Source: Thermoanaerobaculia bacterium (GTDB lineage: Bacteria; Acidobacteriota; Thermoanaerobaculia; UBA5066; DATFVB01). Taken from it: a DNA stretch of 64,000 nt. The notes under the pieces were generated by a model. It was not told the DNA's origin and searched no databases. It saw only the letters and a list, made by a program, of their open reading frames with translations. Every line of letters starts with the position of its first letter. Position 1 is the stretch's first letter. Below are positions 45,715-54,305 of the stretch, piece by piece. The stretch lies in the NCBI GenBank assembly GCA_035717485.1, contig DASTIQ010000044.1, positions 3,791 to 67,790 on the forward strand, written 5' to 3'. The translations under genes and the position numbers were made by a program.

Positions 45715-47936
45715 TGGCGAAGCTTCCGGCCCCCCTTTCGCAGATCGTGGATCGTTTCGGCCCGCACACCAAGGGAGTTCCGGCGGGTGGATGGGCGCCG
45801 ATCGGAGAGCCGGACCGATTCGTCAAGACCCACTGCTGCTTCTGCGGCCAGCAGTGCGGGATCCAGCTGAAGGTCAAGGACAACAGGGTCGTCGGATTCG
45901 AGCCGTGGGAGGACTTTCCGTTCAACGCCGGCAAGCTCTGCCCGAAAGGCGTCAAGCGATACATGCAGGACGAGCACCCGGACCGGCTCCGGTCGCCGCT
46001 CGAGCGCGTCGAAGGGGAGGGCTTTCGGCCGGTCTCCTGGGACCTCGCCCTCGATCGCACCGCGAAGGAGATCCGCCGCATCCAGGAGCGGTACGGCGAC
46101 GACGCCTTCGCGGTGCTCACGGGAGCGTCGCTGACCAACGAGAAGGCCTACCTGATGGGGAAGTTCGCGCGCGTCGCGGTCCGCACCGCGAACATCGACT
46201 ACAACGGACGGCTCTGCATGGTGTCGGCCGCCGCGGCGTCGAAGAAGGTCTTCGGGATCGACCGGAGCGCGAATCCGTGGAGCGACATCCCGAAGGCGAA
46301 GGCGATCCTCGTCGCCGGCGCCAACGTCGCCGACTGTGCGCCGATCACGACCGACTACCTCTGGCAGGCGCGCGAGAACGGGGCGAAGATCATCGTCCTC
46401 GATCCCCGGATGACCCCGATCGCGCGCACGGTGGATCTCTTCATCCCGGTTCGCCCGGGCGGCGACATCGGGATCTTCAACGGGATGCTCCACGTGATGA
46501 TCGAGCGAGGGTGGGTCGACCGCGAATTCATCTCGGAGCACACGACCGGATTCGAGAAGGTCGAGGAGTCCGTCCGCAAGTACACGCCGGAATACGCGGG
46601 CAGGATCGCGGGGGTGCCTCCCGCGATGATCGTGAAGGCCGCGGAGATCTGGGGACCCGCGGAGACGAGTTTCCTCCTCCATGCGCGCGGCATCGAACAC
46701 CACTCGAAGGGCGTCGAGAACTGCATGGCGGCGATCAACCTCGTCGTCGCGACCGGGCGGATCGGCCGCGAAGGGTGCGGCTACGCCATGATCACGGGGC
46801 AGGGGAACGGCCAGGGGGCGCGGGAGCAGGGGCAGAAGTGCGACCAGCTCCCCGGCGGGCGCGACATCGAGAACCCCGACCATCGCCGCTTCATCGCGGA
46901 AGTCTGGGGGGTCCCGGAGGAGTCGATCCCGCACAAGGGTCTGTCGGCGGTTCCCCTCCTGGAGGCGGTCCACGCCGGCAAGATCAAGGGGCTGCTCCTC
47001 ATCTGCTTCAATCCCATGGTTTCGCTCCCCGACCAGAATTTCATCCGGGAAGCGCTCGAGAAGCTCGAGTACTTCGCCGTCATCGACTTCTTCCTCTCCG
47101 AGACGGCGCGGTTCGCGGACGTCGTCCTCCCCGGCTCGCTCATGGAGGAGGACGAGGGGACGACGACCAGCGTCGAGGGAAGGGTGATCCATCACCGGAA
47201 GGCGGTCGAGCCGCCGGCCGGCGCGCGGGAAGACTGGCGGATCGTCTGCGATCTCGCCGCGCGGCTCGGGGCCGGGGTGAAGTTCCCGTACGGCTCGCCG
47301 CGGGAGATCTTCGAGGAGCTCCGCACCGCGTCGAAGGGGGGCGTCTCCGACTATTTCGGCATCACGTGGGAGAAGATCGACGCGCAGAAAGGGGTCTTCT
47401 GGCCCTGCCCGTCGCTCGATCACCCCGGGACCCCGCGACTCTACGAAGGGGCGCGATTCGGCCATCCCGACGGCCGGGCGCATTTCCAGGCCGTCGAGTG
47501 GCGGCCGGCGGCCGAAGAGCCGGACGCCGAATATCCCGTGATCCTCACGACCGGCCGCGTGGTGTCCCAGTATCTCTCGGGGACCCAGACGCGGCGGATC
47601 GCCGGGCTCATGGCCCAGGAGCCGGAACCCTTCTGCGAGATCCACCCCAACCTCGCCGCCCGGTACGGGATCGAACCGGACGGGTTCGTCAGCGTCGAGA
47701 GCCGCCGCGGATCGACGGTCGTCCGCGCGCGGATCGTCCGGACGATCCGGCCCGACACGGTCTTCGTGCCGTACCACTGGCCCCTCGCGCGCGCCGCGAA
47801 CAACTGCACGATTCGGGCGATCGATCCCGTGTCGAACATCCCGGAATTCAAGATCTGCGCCGTCCGCATCTCGGCGGCGCCGCGCCCGGACGATGCGATC
47901 GCCCGGCTCCCGCCGGAAGCCGGGGGAATCGCGTGA
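45714..47936 (+). CDS. molybdopterin (bis-MGD) oxidoreductase catalytic subunit, about 740 aa, no Tat signal (nitrate-reductase / arsenite-oxidase-like)
   Basis: GGGAGG then ATG 45714 overlapping the upstream TGA. N-terminal [10 protein letters not shown] (C-x2-C-x3-C) FeS motif, MopB-type body. The track ORF 44808..47936 is an N-extended fusion of frames. Confidence 0.8.
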   Translation: MAKLPAPLSQIVDRFGPHTKGVPAGGWAPIGEPDRFVKTHCCFCGQQCGIQLKVKDNRVVGFEPWEDFPFNAGKLCPKGVKRYMQDEHPDRLRSPLERVEGEGFRPVSWDLALDRTAKEIRRIQERYGDDAFAVLTGASLTNEKAYLMGKFARVAVRTANIDYNGRLCMVSAAAASKKVFGIDRSANPWSDIPKAKAILVAGANVADCAPITTDYLWQARENGAKIIVLDPRMTPIARTVDLFIPVRPGGDIGIFNGMLHVMIERGWVDREFISEHTTGFEKVEESVRKYTPEYAGRIAGVPPAMIVKAAEIWGPAETSFLLHARGIEHHSKGVENCMAAINLVVATGRIGREGCGYAMITGQGNGQGAREQGQKCDQLPGGRDIENPDHRRFIAEVWGVPEESIPHKGLSAVPLLEAVHAGKIKGLLLICFNPMVSLPDQNFIREALEKLEYFAVIDFFLSETARFADVVLPGSLMEEDEGTTTSVEGRVIHHRKAVEPPAGAREDWRIVCDLAARLGAGVKFPYGSPREIFEELRTASKGGVSDYFGITWEKIDAQKGVFWPCPSLDHPGTPRLYEGARFGHPDGRAHFQAVEWRPAAEEPDAEYPVILTTGRVVSQYLSGTQTRRIAGLMAQEPEPFCEIHPNLAARYGIEPDGFVSVESRRGSTVVRARIVRTIRPDTVFVPYHWPLARAANNCTIRAIDPVSNIPEFKICAVRISAAPRPDDAIARLPPEAGGIA

Positions 47937-48553
47937 GCGAGCTCGCCTTCTTCATCGACTATTCGCGGTGCATCGGATGCCGGGCGTGCGTGCAGGCGTG
48001 CGAGGAATGCGACACCCATCGCGGAGTCTCGATGATCCATCTCGAGACGATCCGCCGCGCCGATACCGTTCAGACCGCTCCGCAGGTCTGCATGCACTGC
48101 GAAGATCCGATCTGCGCGCGCGTCTGCCCGGCCGACGCGATCAAGCAGACCCCCGACGGCGTGACCCAGTCGGCGCTGAAGCCCCGCTGCATCGGATGCA
48201 GCAACTGCGTCCTGGCGTGCCCCTTCGGCGTGCCGAAGTACTTCGGCGCGATCGACCAGATGATGAAGTGCGACTACTGCTACGACCGGACGAGCGCGGG
48301 AAAGCGCCCGATGTGCGCGACCGTCTGTCCTTCCCAGGCGCTCGCGTTCACGACGCGCGAGGAGATCGAGAGGAAGCGCCAGGGAACCGCGATCAACCTC
48401 TGGAAGTTCGGCGGCGAGGTCGTCCGAACGAAGATCTCGGTGATCGTTCCCTCGGGAGTGTCCGAGATCCGGATCGGCGAATCGGCACTTTCCCGTGCGG
48501 GAGGCCCCGCCGGCGCGACCGAGGACGTGGCCGTGCTGCTGGGAGAGATCTGA
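47933..48553 (+). CDS. four-cluster 4Fe-4S ferredoxin-type electron-transfer subunit (complex iron-sulfur molybdoenzyme beta-like)
   Basis: GTG 47933 overlaps the MopB stop (GTGA). Four Cys clusters: [43 protein letters not shown]...CATVCP. Confidence 0.8.
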   Translation: MSELAFFIDYSRCIGCRACVQACEECDTHRGVSMIHLETIRRADTVQTAPQVCMHCEDPICARVCPADAIKQTPDGVTQSALKPRCIGCSNCVLACPFGVPKYFGAIDQMMKCDYCYDRTSAGKRPMCATVCPSQALAFTTREEIERKRQGTAINLWKFGGEVVRTKISVIVPSGVSEIRIGESALSRAGGPAGATEDVAVLLGEI

Positions 48554-48554
48554 C

Positions 48555-49052
48555 GTGGAGGAGCGCGAGGGAGCCGGCCCGCGCTGGCGCGAGGACTTCC
48601 CGATCGCGTGGGAGCGGGACCACTACGTCACGCGCCGCGAGCTCGCGAAGTTCCTGACGCTCGGCTCGGCTCTGCTGGCGGGCGCCAGCGCCGTGATCGC
48701 GCTGGCGGGACGGCTGTGGAAACCGGCCCGCCGCCGGCGCACGCGGATCGCGAGCGCGGCCGCGGTTCCGCGCGGCGGCTCGCTCCTTTTCCGGTTCCCG
48801 ACCGACGAAGACCCCTGCATCCTCCTCCGCGCGCCGGACGGCTCCTTCGAGGCCTACTCGCAGGTCTGCACGCATCTTTCCTGCGCCGTCGTCTACCGGC
48901 CCGAGGATCGGACGCTCGCCTGCCCCTGTCACAAGGGGGTATTCACGTGCAGCGAAGGGCGGCCGATCGCAGGACCGCCGACGCGCCGGCTCCCGCGGAT
49001 CGTCCTCGACGTCCGCGGCGACGACGTTTTCGCGACCGGAGTGGAGCTGTAG
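48555..49052 (+). CDS. Rieske 2Fe-2S protein with twin-arginine (Tat) signal
   Basis: TRRELAKFLTLGSALLAGASAV Tat-like motif. Rieske boxes CTHLSC and CPCHKG. Start GTG 48555 (alternative ATG 48495 would overlap the FeS gene). Confidence 0.7.
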   Translation: MEEREGAGPRWREDFPIAWERDHYVTRRELAKFLTLGSALLAGASAVIALAGRLWKPARRRRTRIASAAAVPRGGSLLFRFPTDEDPCILLRAPDGSFEAYSQVCTHLSCAVVYRPEDRTLACPCHKGVFTCSEGRPIAGPPTRRLPRIVLDVRGDDVFATGVEL

Positions 49053-49062
49053 GGAGATCGCC

Positions 49063-49308
49063 GTGGAGACGCGCAAACAGGGAACGACCCTCTTCACCGC
49101 GATCGCGGTGCTCATCGGCATGCTCGTCGTGATCCAGCTCTGGCTGGTCGCGGCGGCCCTCGAGGCGCTCCTCTCGGGGAATCGCGGCGCGCTGCTGCCC
49201 GCGGCGATCGCCTCCGTCGTCCTCCTACTCGTCAACGCCGGGCTCCTCCTCTACATCGTCCGGTTCGACGAGCGGATCCGGCGCCTCGAGGCGCCTCCGC
49301 GTGACTGA
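49063..49308 (+). CDS. small two-helix membrane protein (81 aa)
   Basis: Two hydrophobic helices. Its stop overlaps the GTG start of the HPP gene. Confidence 0.4.
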   Translation: METRKQGTTLFTAIAVLIGMLVVIQLWLVAAALEALLSGNRGALLPAAIASVVLLLVNAGLLLYIVRFDERIRRLEAPPRD

Positions 49309-49936
49309 GCGGCGGCCGCCGCTCTCGCTTCTCGAGCCGCAGGTCGTACGGGGGCTCGCGGAACGGCTGCGGATCGCCCGGCTCCTCCGGCGCTTTCCCG
49401 AGCGGAACGTCTGGGCGGCATTCATGTTCGTCAACGGATTCATCACGATCGCGCTGCTCGCCGCCCTCGCGATGGTTTCGCGGACGCCGTTCGTCTTCCC
49501 GTCGCTCGGACCGACGGCGTTCCTCTTCTTCTTCACGCCGACGCTTCCGACGGCGAGCCCGCGGCATTCGATCTACGGGCACGCGATCGGGATCGCCTGC
49601 GGATACGGGGCTCTGCTCGCGACCGGGCTCCAGCACGCGCCTCCGGCGATGGTCGCCGGGGTGGACTTTCGGCGCGTGCTGGCGGCGGCCCTCTCGCTCG
49701 CCGCGACGGGCGCGCTCATGATCCTCTTCAAGGCGGCGCATCCGCCGGCAGGCGCCACGACGCTCATCATCTCGCTCGGAATCGTGACGAGGCCGTCCTA
49801 TCTTCTGGTCATCGAGATCGCGGTGGCCCTTCTGACGATCCAGGCCATCGCGATCAACCGCCTCGCCGGCATCGACTACCCCCTGTGGTCCCGACGAGCG
49901 GAGCCGTCTGGCAGAACGGACGGCCCGCTGGCGTAG
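49301..49936 (+). CDS. HPP family integral membrane protein (family implicated in nitrite transport)
   Basis: 211 aa, four hydrophobic segments, HPP motif context ...KAAHPPAGATTLI.... Confidence 0.6.
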   Translation: MTERRPPLSLLEPQVVRGLAERLRIARLLRRFPERNVWAAFMFVNGFITIALLAALAMVSRTPFVFPSLGPTAFLFFFTPTLPTASPRHSIYGHAIGIACGYGALLATGLQHAPPAMVAGVDFRRVLAAALSLAATGALMILFKAAHPPAGATTLIISLGIVTRPSYLLVIEIAVALLTIQAIAINRLAGIDYPLWSRRAEPSGRTDGPLA

Positions 49937-50035
49937 TCGTGGTCCTCCCGGGACCAATGACTCTTATGATGCATTTGAGCTATTCCCTGCGCCCCGATCC
50001 GGCAGGAGGATGGGCCCAAGAACAGGAGAGGTGAA

Positions 50036-51442
50036 ATGGAGAGAAACCACCGGCGAATCCTCGTGGCTCTTCCCCTGGGAATGGCGATATTCCTCGCCCT
50101 GGGGGCCCCGCGGCAGGCGGGCGCGGTCCCCGTCTTCTCCCGGAAATACCAGACTTCGTGCCAGACCTGCCATGCGATCTTTCCGAAACTGAACCCCTTC
50201 GGCGAAGCCTTCCGCTTGAACGGATACCGGATGCCGATGGAAACGCCGGAGCTGGTCAAGCAGCCCCCGGTGTCGCTCGGCTCCGAGGCGTATGAGCGGA
50301 TCTGGCCGGCGATGGTCTATCCGAGCGACCTGCCGTCGTTCGTGCCGCTCGCGATCAACGTCAAGATGGCCGACATCTACGCTTCGAGCCACGACGACAG
50401 CGGCAAAACGATCACGCACAACGACTTCCAGTTCCCGCAGGAAGCAAACCTCTTCTCGGCCGGCACTCTCGGATCGCATTTCAGCTTCTTCGGCGAGGTG
50501 ACGTACGCGGAGAGACCCGACGGCGGCACGGACGTCGAGATCGAGCACGCGCGGCTCGACCTGGATTCGGCGTTCGGGCCGGAGCATCTCTTCAACTTCA
50601 AGATCGGCAAGTTCGCGCCCGACCTCTACGACGGCTTCCAGGAAATGTGGCTGATGACCGACAACGGCGTCGACTCGCTCTTCGCCTTCAGCCCGATCGG
50701 GATCCACGGCGGGACCGGACTCTCCGAGGAAGGGCCCGGCGTCAGCCTGCCGGACCGGATGCGCGCGATCGAGATGTACGGCGTGGCCGCGCATCGGTTC
50801 TTCTACACGATCGGCTACGGGAGTCCGATCGGGCCGGGCGGCCCGAACGACACGTTCGGGAGCAGCAGCCGGAAGGACGTCTACGCCCGGATGGACTACA
50901 AGTTCGGCGGGATGGGGCTCGACGGCGACACGACGGGGGTCACGCTGCCCCCGGAGAACTGGCGCGAGCATTCCCTCCGCATCGGCGTCCTCGGCTACTA
51001 CGGCGACGGCTCTCAGGCCGACCCCTTCGACATCACGGACGAGGAGGGGAACGCGTTCAAGATGCGCGACACCCATTACGGGAGGATCGGCGCCTACGCG
51101 TCCCTCTACGTCGGCGACCTGAACCTCTTCGGCGTCGCGCTCCACGGGACCGACAAGCTCCAGCTCAGCGACCCCGACACGCTGACCGAGATCAGCACGA
51201 CCACGCGGACGTACGACGCGTGGTTCGCCCAGGCGGACTACGTCATCGTGCCGCCGTTCCAGCTCTCGCTCCGCTACGAGAACCTCCGGGTCGCCGATCC
51301 CGTCACGCCGACGATCAAGACCCTGAACGCGAACGCGAGCTTCCTGATCCGGGCCAACATCAAGGCCATGATCGAATACAACCGGGACCTCCGCGATTCC
51401 GAGAATTACACGCTCGCGACGGTCCTCCGATTCGCTTATTGA
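50036..51442 (+). CDS. Cyc2-like fused monohaem cytochrome c / outer-membrane beta-barrel (porin) protein
   Basis: Signal peptide, then a single CQTCH haem motif followed by PKL within 12 residues. About 420 aa of alternating amphipathic beta-strand-like sequence ending in an aromatic C-terminus (...LRFAY). Confidence 0.65.
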   Translation: MERNHRRILVALPLGMAIFLALGAPRQAGAVPVFSRKYQTSCQTCHAIFPKLNPFGEAFRLNGYRMPMETPELVKQPPVSLGSEAYERIWPAMVYPSDLPSFVPLAINVKMADIYASSHDDSGKTITHNDFQFPQEANLFSAGTLGSHFSFFGEVTYAERPDGGTDVEIEHARLDLDSAFGPEHLFNFKIGKFAPDLYDGFQEMWLMTDNGVDSLFAFSPIGIHGGTGLSEEGPGVSLPDRMRAIEMYGVAAHRFFYTIGYGSPIGPGGPNDTFGSSSRKDVYARMDYKFGGMGLDGDTTGVTLPPENWREHSLRIGVLGYYGDGSQADPFDITDEEGNAFKMRDTHYGRIGAYASLYVGDLNLFGVALHGTDKLQLSDPDTLTEISTTTRTYDAWFAQADYVIVPPFQLSLRYENLRVADPVTPTIKTLNANASFLIRANIKAMIEYNRDLRDSENYTLATVLRFAY

Positions 51443-51456
51443 AGGAGAAAGGAACC

Positions 51457-52038
51457 ATGAAGAAGATCCTGATCGCCCTGATCGTCGCCGCTTCGTCGGC
51501 GCTCCCCGCGGCCGCCGGAGACATCCACGGCAAAGTGACCTGCAAGGGCTCCTCGACGTGCGCCGACACGGTCGTCTACGTCGCCGCGATCCCCGGCAAG
51601 ACCTTCCCCGCGCCGGCGGCGCACGCGAAGATGAACCAGCTCAACATGAAGTTCGTCCCGCGAATTCTCCCCGTTCTCGAAGGCACCACCGTCGACTTCC
51701 TGAACTCCGACGCCGTGCTGCACAACGTCTTCACCCCGGACGCTTGCGCGGACAAGTTCAACCTCGGCACCTGGCCGAAGGGAGAGACGAAGACCTACAC
51801 GTTCAAGAAGGAATGCGCAGCGGCCCTGCTCTGCAAAGTGCACCCGGAGATGGAGGCGTATGTCGTCGCCGTTCCGACGCCGTACTATGCGCAGGCCAAG
51901 GCCGACGGCAGCTACCAGATCGCCGACGTGCCCGACGGGAGCTACACGCTGAAAGTCTGGCATCCGCGGCTCAAGGGCAAGGAAAAGCCGGTGAAGGTCG
52001 CGGGAGCGACGGAAGCGGACTTCGAGATCGCCCGCTGA
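51457..52038 (+). CDS. periplasmic type-1 copper (amicyanin/pseudoazurin-like cupredoxin) protein
   Basis: AAGGAGAAAGG RBS, signal peptide MKKILIALIVAASSALPAAA. Candidate copper ligands His in VLHNVF and C-x2-H-x2-M (CKVHPEM). Confidence 0.6.
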   Translation: MKKILIALIVAASSALPAAAGDIHGKVTCKGSSTCADTVVYVAAIPGKTFPAPAAHAKMNQLNMKFVPRILPVLEGTTVDFLNSDAVLHNVFTPDACADKFNLGTWPKGETKTYTFKKECAAALLCKVHPEMEAYVVAVPTPYYAQAKADGSYQIADVPDGSYTLKVWHPRLKGKEKPVKVAGATEADFEIAR

Positions 52039-52042
52039 CGCC

Positions 52043-53038
52043 GTGAGAAACCGGGTGGGTCGGCCGCGCCTTCTCTTCCGCATCGCCGCCCTTCTCCCTC
52101 TGCTGGCCGCCCTCGGGTGGGCGGCCGGCGAGCGGGGAGGCGACCGAGGAGGAAACCGTCCCGCGAGCCACGTTCCGGAAAAGCCGACCTCAACGGTCGG
52201 CGAGAGCTGGGTGCGCCATCTCCGGATCTCTCTCGAGAACACGACGCTCGGGGGGATCGGCCGCTGGGGACCGTCGAGCCCGCAGCCTACCGGGTCCGTT
52301 TCGGCTCCCCGGGAGTCGCTCGGTTCCCCGTTCGTCCTGAGCGGGAAGGACCTCTACCGGCTGAACTGCCAGGCATGCCATCGCGAAGACGGAAGCGGAG
52401 CGCCTCCCGAGGTCCTCCCCGTGACGAGCCTCGCGCGCGCGACGTCCCGGCAATACTTCCGGGACAAGATGAAGGAACGGGGGCTGCCGGTCGACGAGGC
52501 CCAGCTCGCCAAGAACGCGGCGGAGGCGGAAGCGTCCCTCCGCAAGAGGATCCGGAGCGGCGGCGAGAAGATGCCGCCGTTCCCGCAGCTCGACCACGCC
52601 GAGACCGAGAGCGTGATCGCGTACGTCAAGCAACTCTCCGGAGTGCCGGAGCCGGGGCCCCCTCCCGCGCCCCTCGAGGAGCCCGTCAACCGCGTCGGCG
52701 AGCTCCTCGTCAAGGGAACGTGCCACGTGTGCCACGACGCCTCGGCGACGCCGACCACGGCGTTCGAATACCGCGTCGGCTACGGAGAGCCGCCCCCTCT
52801 CTCGTTCTTCACGGAGCAGCGAACGCCCGCCCAGCTCGTCCGGAAGGTCCGGGAGGGGCTCGCGGAACCGAGCGTTTCCGCCCGGCACGGACGCATGCCG
52901 ATCTTCGACTATCTCACGCCCGAGGAGGTCACCGCGGCCTACATCTACCTCCTCACGGAACCTCCGGGACGCGGCGCCGCCGCATCCCCGGGAGCGTCGG
53001 TGCCGGCGGCGGCCGGAGGAGGGCGCCCGAAACTATAA
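52043..53038 (+). CDS. dihaem cytochrome c (periplasmic)
   Basis: GTG 52043, signal peptide, two CxxCH motifs (CQACH, CHVCH). Confidence 0.7.
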   Translation: MRNRVGRPRLLFRIAALLPLLAALGWAAGERGGDRGGNRPASHVPEKPTSTVGESWVRHLRISLENTTLGGIGRWGPSSPQPTGSVSAPRESLGSPFVLSGKDLYRLNCQACHREDGSGAPPEVLPVTSLARATSRQYFRDKMKERGLPVDEAQLAKNAAEAEASLRKRIRSGGEKMPPFPQLDHAETESVIAYVKQLSGVPEPGPPPAPLEEPVNRVGELLVKGTCHVCHDASATPTTAFEYRVGYGEPPPLSFFTEQRTPAQLVRKVREGLAEPSVSARHGRMPIFDYLTPEEVTAAYIYLLTEPPGRGAAASPGASVPAAAGGGRPKL

Positions 53039-53047
53039 TCGCGGGTC

Positions 53048-53734
53048 GTGCCCCCACGGCCTCCGATTCCTTTCGAGGCGATCCCGATCCTCGCGTCGCT
53101 CCGGCCCGAGGACCGCGACGCTCTCGCGCCGCTGTGCGAGATGCGCGGCTACGAGAAGGGGGAGACGATCTTCCGGGAGGGGGATCCCGGCGAGCGCATC
53201 CACTTCGTGTTCATCGGCCGCGTCAAGATCGTCAAGGCCGGCCCCGGGCGAGACCTGATCCTGGAGATCCTCGGCCCGGGGGAGCCGGTCGGCGCGGTCG
53301 CGGCGTTCGAGCGCAAGGCCTTTCCGGCGACGGCCGTCGCGCTCGAAGCCTGCGGGGTCCTCTCGATCCCGGAGCGACAGTTCTTCGAGCTCCTGGAGAA
53401 GCGCCCGGAGATCACCCGCCGGCTCTTCGCCGGGCTGACGATGCGGCTCATGAACCTCAACCGCCATCTCGCCGACATGCTGGGCTCGGTCGAGTATCGC
53501 GCCGCGCGGCTCTTCCTGACGCTCGCCGCGAAGATGGGCCAGAAGCGCGACGGCGCGGTCTTCATTCCGGTCGCGCTCTCGCGCCAGGAGCTCGCCGACC
53601 TGATCGGGACCACGATCGAAACGGCCATCCGCGTGATGAGCCGGTGGCAGAAGGACGGGCTCGTCGAGACGGAGAAGAACGGCTTCCTTCTTCTCCGGCC
53701 GGCGGCGCTTCGCGAGATCAGCTCGGTGGCGTGA
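53048..53734 (+). CDS. Crp/Fnr family transcriptional regulator lacking an N-terminal Cys cluster (Dnr/NnrR-like)
   Basis: cNMP-binding-like domain (GETIFREGDPGERIHFV...) and C-terminal HTH (SRQELADLIGTTIETAIRVMS). No FNR-type Cys motif. Confidence 0.75.
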   Translation: MPPRPPIPFEAIPILASLRPEDRDALAPLCEMRGYEKGETIFREGDPGERIHFVFIGRVKIVKAGPGRDLILEILGPGEPVGAVAAFERKAFPATAVALEACGVLSIPERQFFELLEKRPEITRRLFAGLTMRLMNLNRHLADMLGSVEYRAARLFLTLAAKMGQKRDGAVFIPVALSRQELADLIGTTIETAIRVMSRWQKDGLVETEKNGFLLLRPAALREISSVA

Positions 53735-54248
53735 GGGCGCGGGCCAGCCGGCGGGCGCGGGCGCGCTTGCCCGCGACGGAGACGGCGAGATCGGCCAGCG
53801 TGCGCCGTTCGAGCTGGCGATCGAGAAGCGCCCGCGCCCTCTTCCAGACCGGGTGAGCGGGACACGGCGTCTCGTCCGTGCACTCGGAGAACCCCAGGAG
53901 ACACCGGCCGCCGAGTCCGAATCCGTCGATCGCCCGCACGACCTGGAGCACCGTGATCCGATCCGCGGGCCGCGAGAGCACGATGCCGCCCAGCGGGCCG
54001 CGGCGCGTCTTCACGATGCCGGAATTTCGCAGCTGCTGGACGATCTGGGCGAGCGCGGTCGTGGAAATTCCGACGTCGTTCGCGAGCTCTTCCTGGACGA
54101 CCATCCTTCCCGGATTGGCGTGTTCCGCCGCCGCGAGCCGCTCCGCCGCCCGCAGCGCGTGCTGGCAGGTCCGGGAATAGAGAAGGGGGCGCCCCTCGGC
54201 GGCCGCGTCGTAACGAGGTCGGGCGGGCATGCCGCCGAACCATAGCAC
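53718..54248 (-). CDS. Rrf2 family transcriptional regulator with three-Cys Fe-S cluster motif (IscR/NsrR-like)
   Basis: HTH LANDVGISTTALAQIVQQLRNSGIV and C-x7-C-x5-C (CLLGFSECTDETPC). Alternative start at 54230. Its 3-prime end overlaps the crp gene convergently. Confidence 0.75.
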   Translation of the reverse strand: MLWFGGMPARPRYDAAAEGRPLLYSRTCQHALRAAERLAAAEHANPGRMVVQEELANDVGISTTALAQIVQQLRNSGIVKTRRGPLGGIVLSRPADRITVLQVVRAIDGFGLGGRCLLGFSECTDETPCPAHPVWKRARALLDRQLERRTLADLAVSVAGKRARARRLARALTPPS

Positions 54249-54254
54249 GGCTTG

Positions 54255-54275
54255 ACTCCCGTCCGGCCCGGGAGT
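54255..54275. promoter_or_regulatory. inverted repeat ACTCCCG-N7-CGGGAGT in the divergent rrf2 / multihaem-cytochrome intergenic region (candidate Rrf2 operator)
   Basis: 7-bp perfect arms. A second palindrome ATCAAttcTTGAT lies at 54283-54295, and TTGAC at 54252-54256. Confidence 0.35.
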
Positions 54276-54305
54276 ACCGTTTCATCAATTCTTGATGGAG
54301 AACTC

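Noticed and set aside
49937-50035. Possible FNR-type box in ttatgatgcatttgagc upstream of the Cyc2-like gene
   Set aside because: Only one half-site resembles TTGAT and there is no symmetric partner. Too weak to call.
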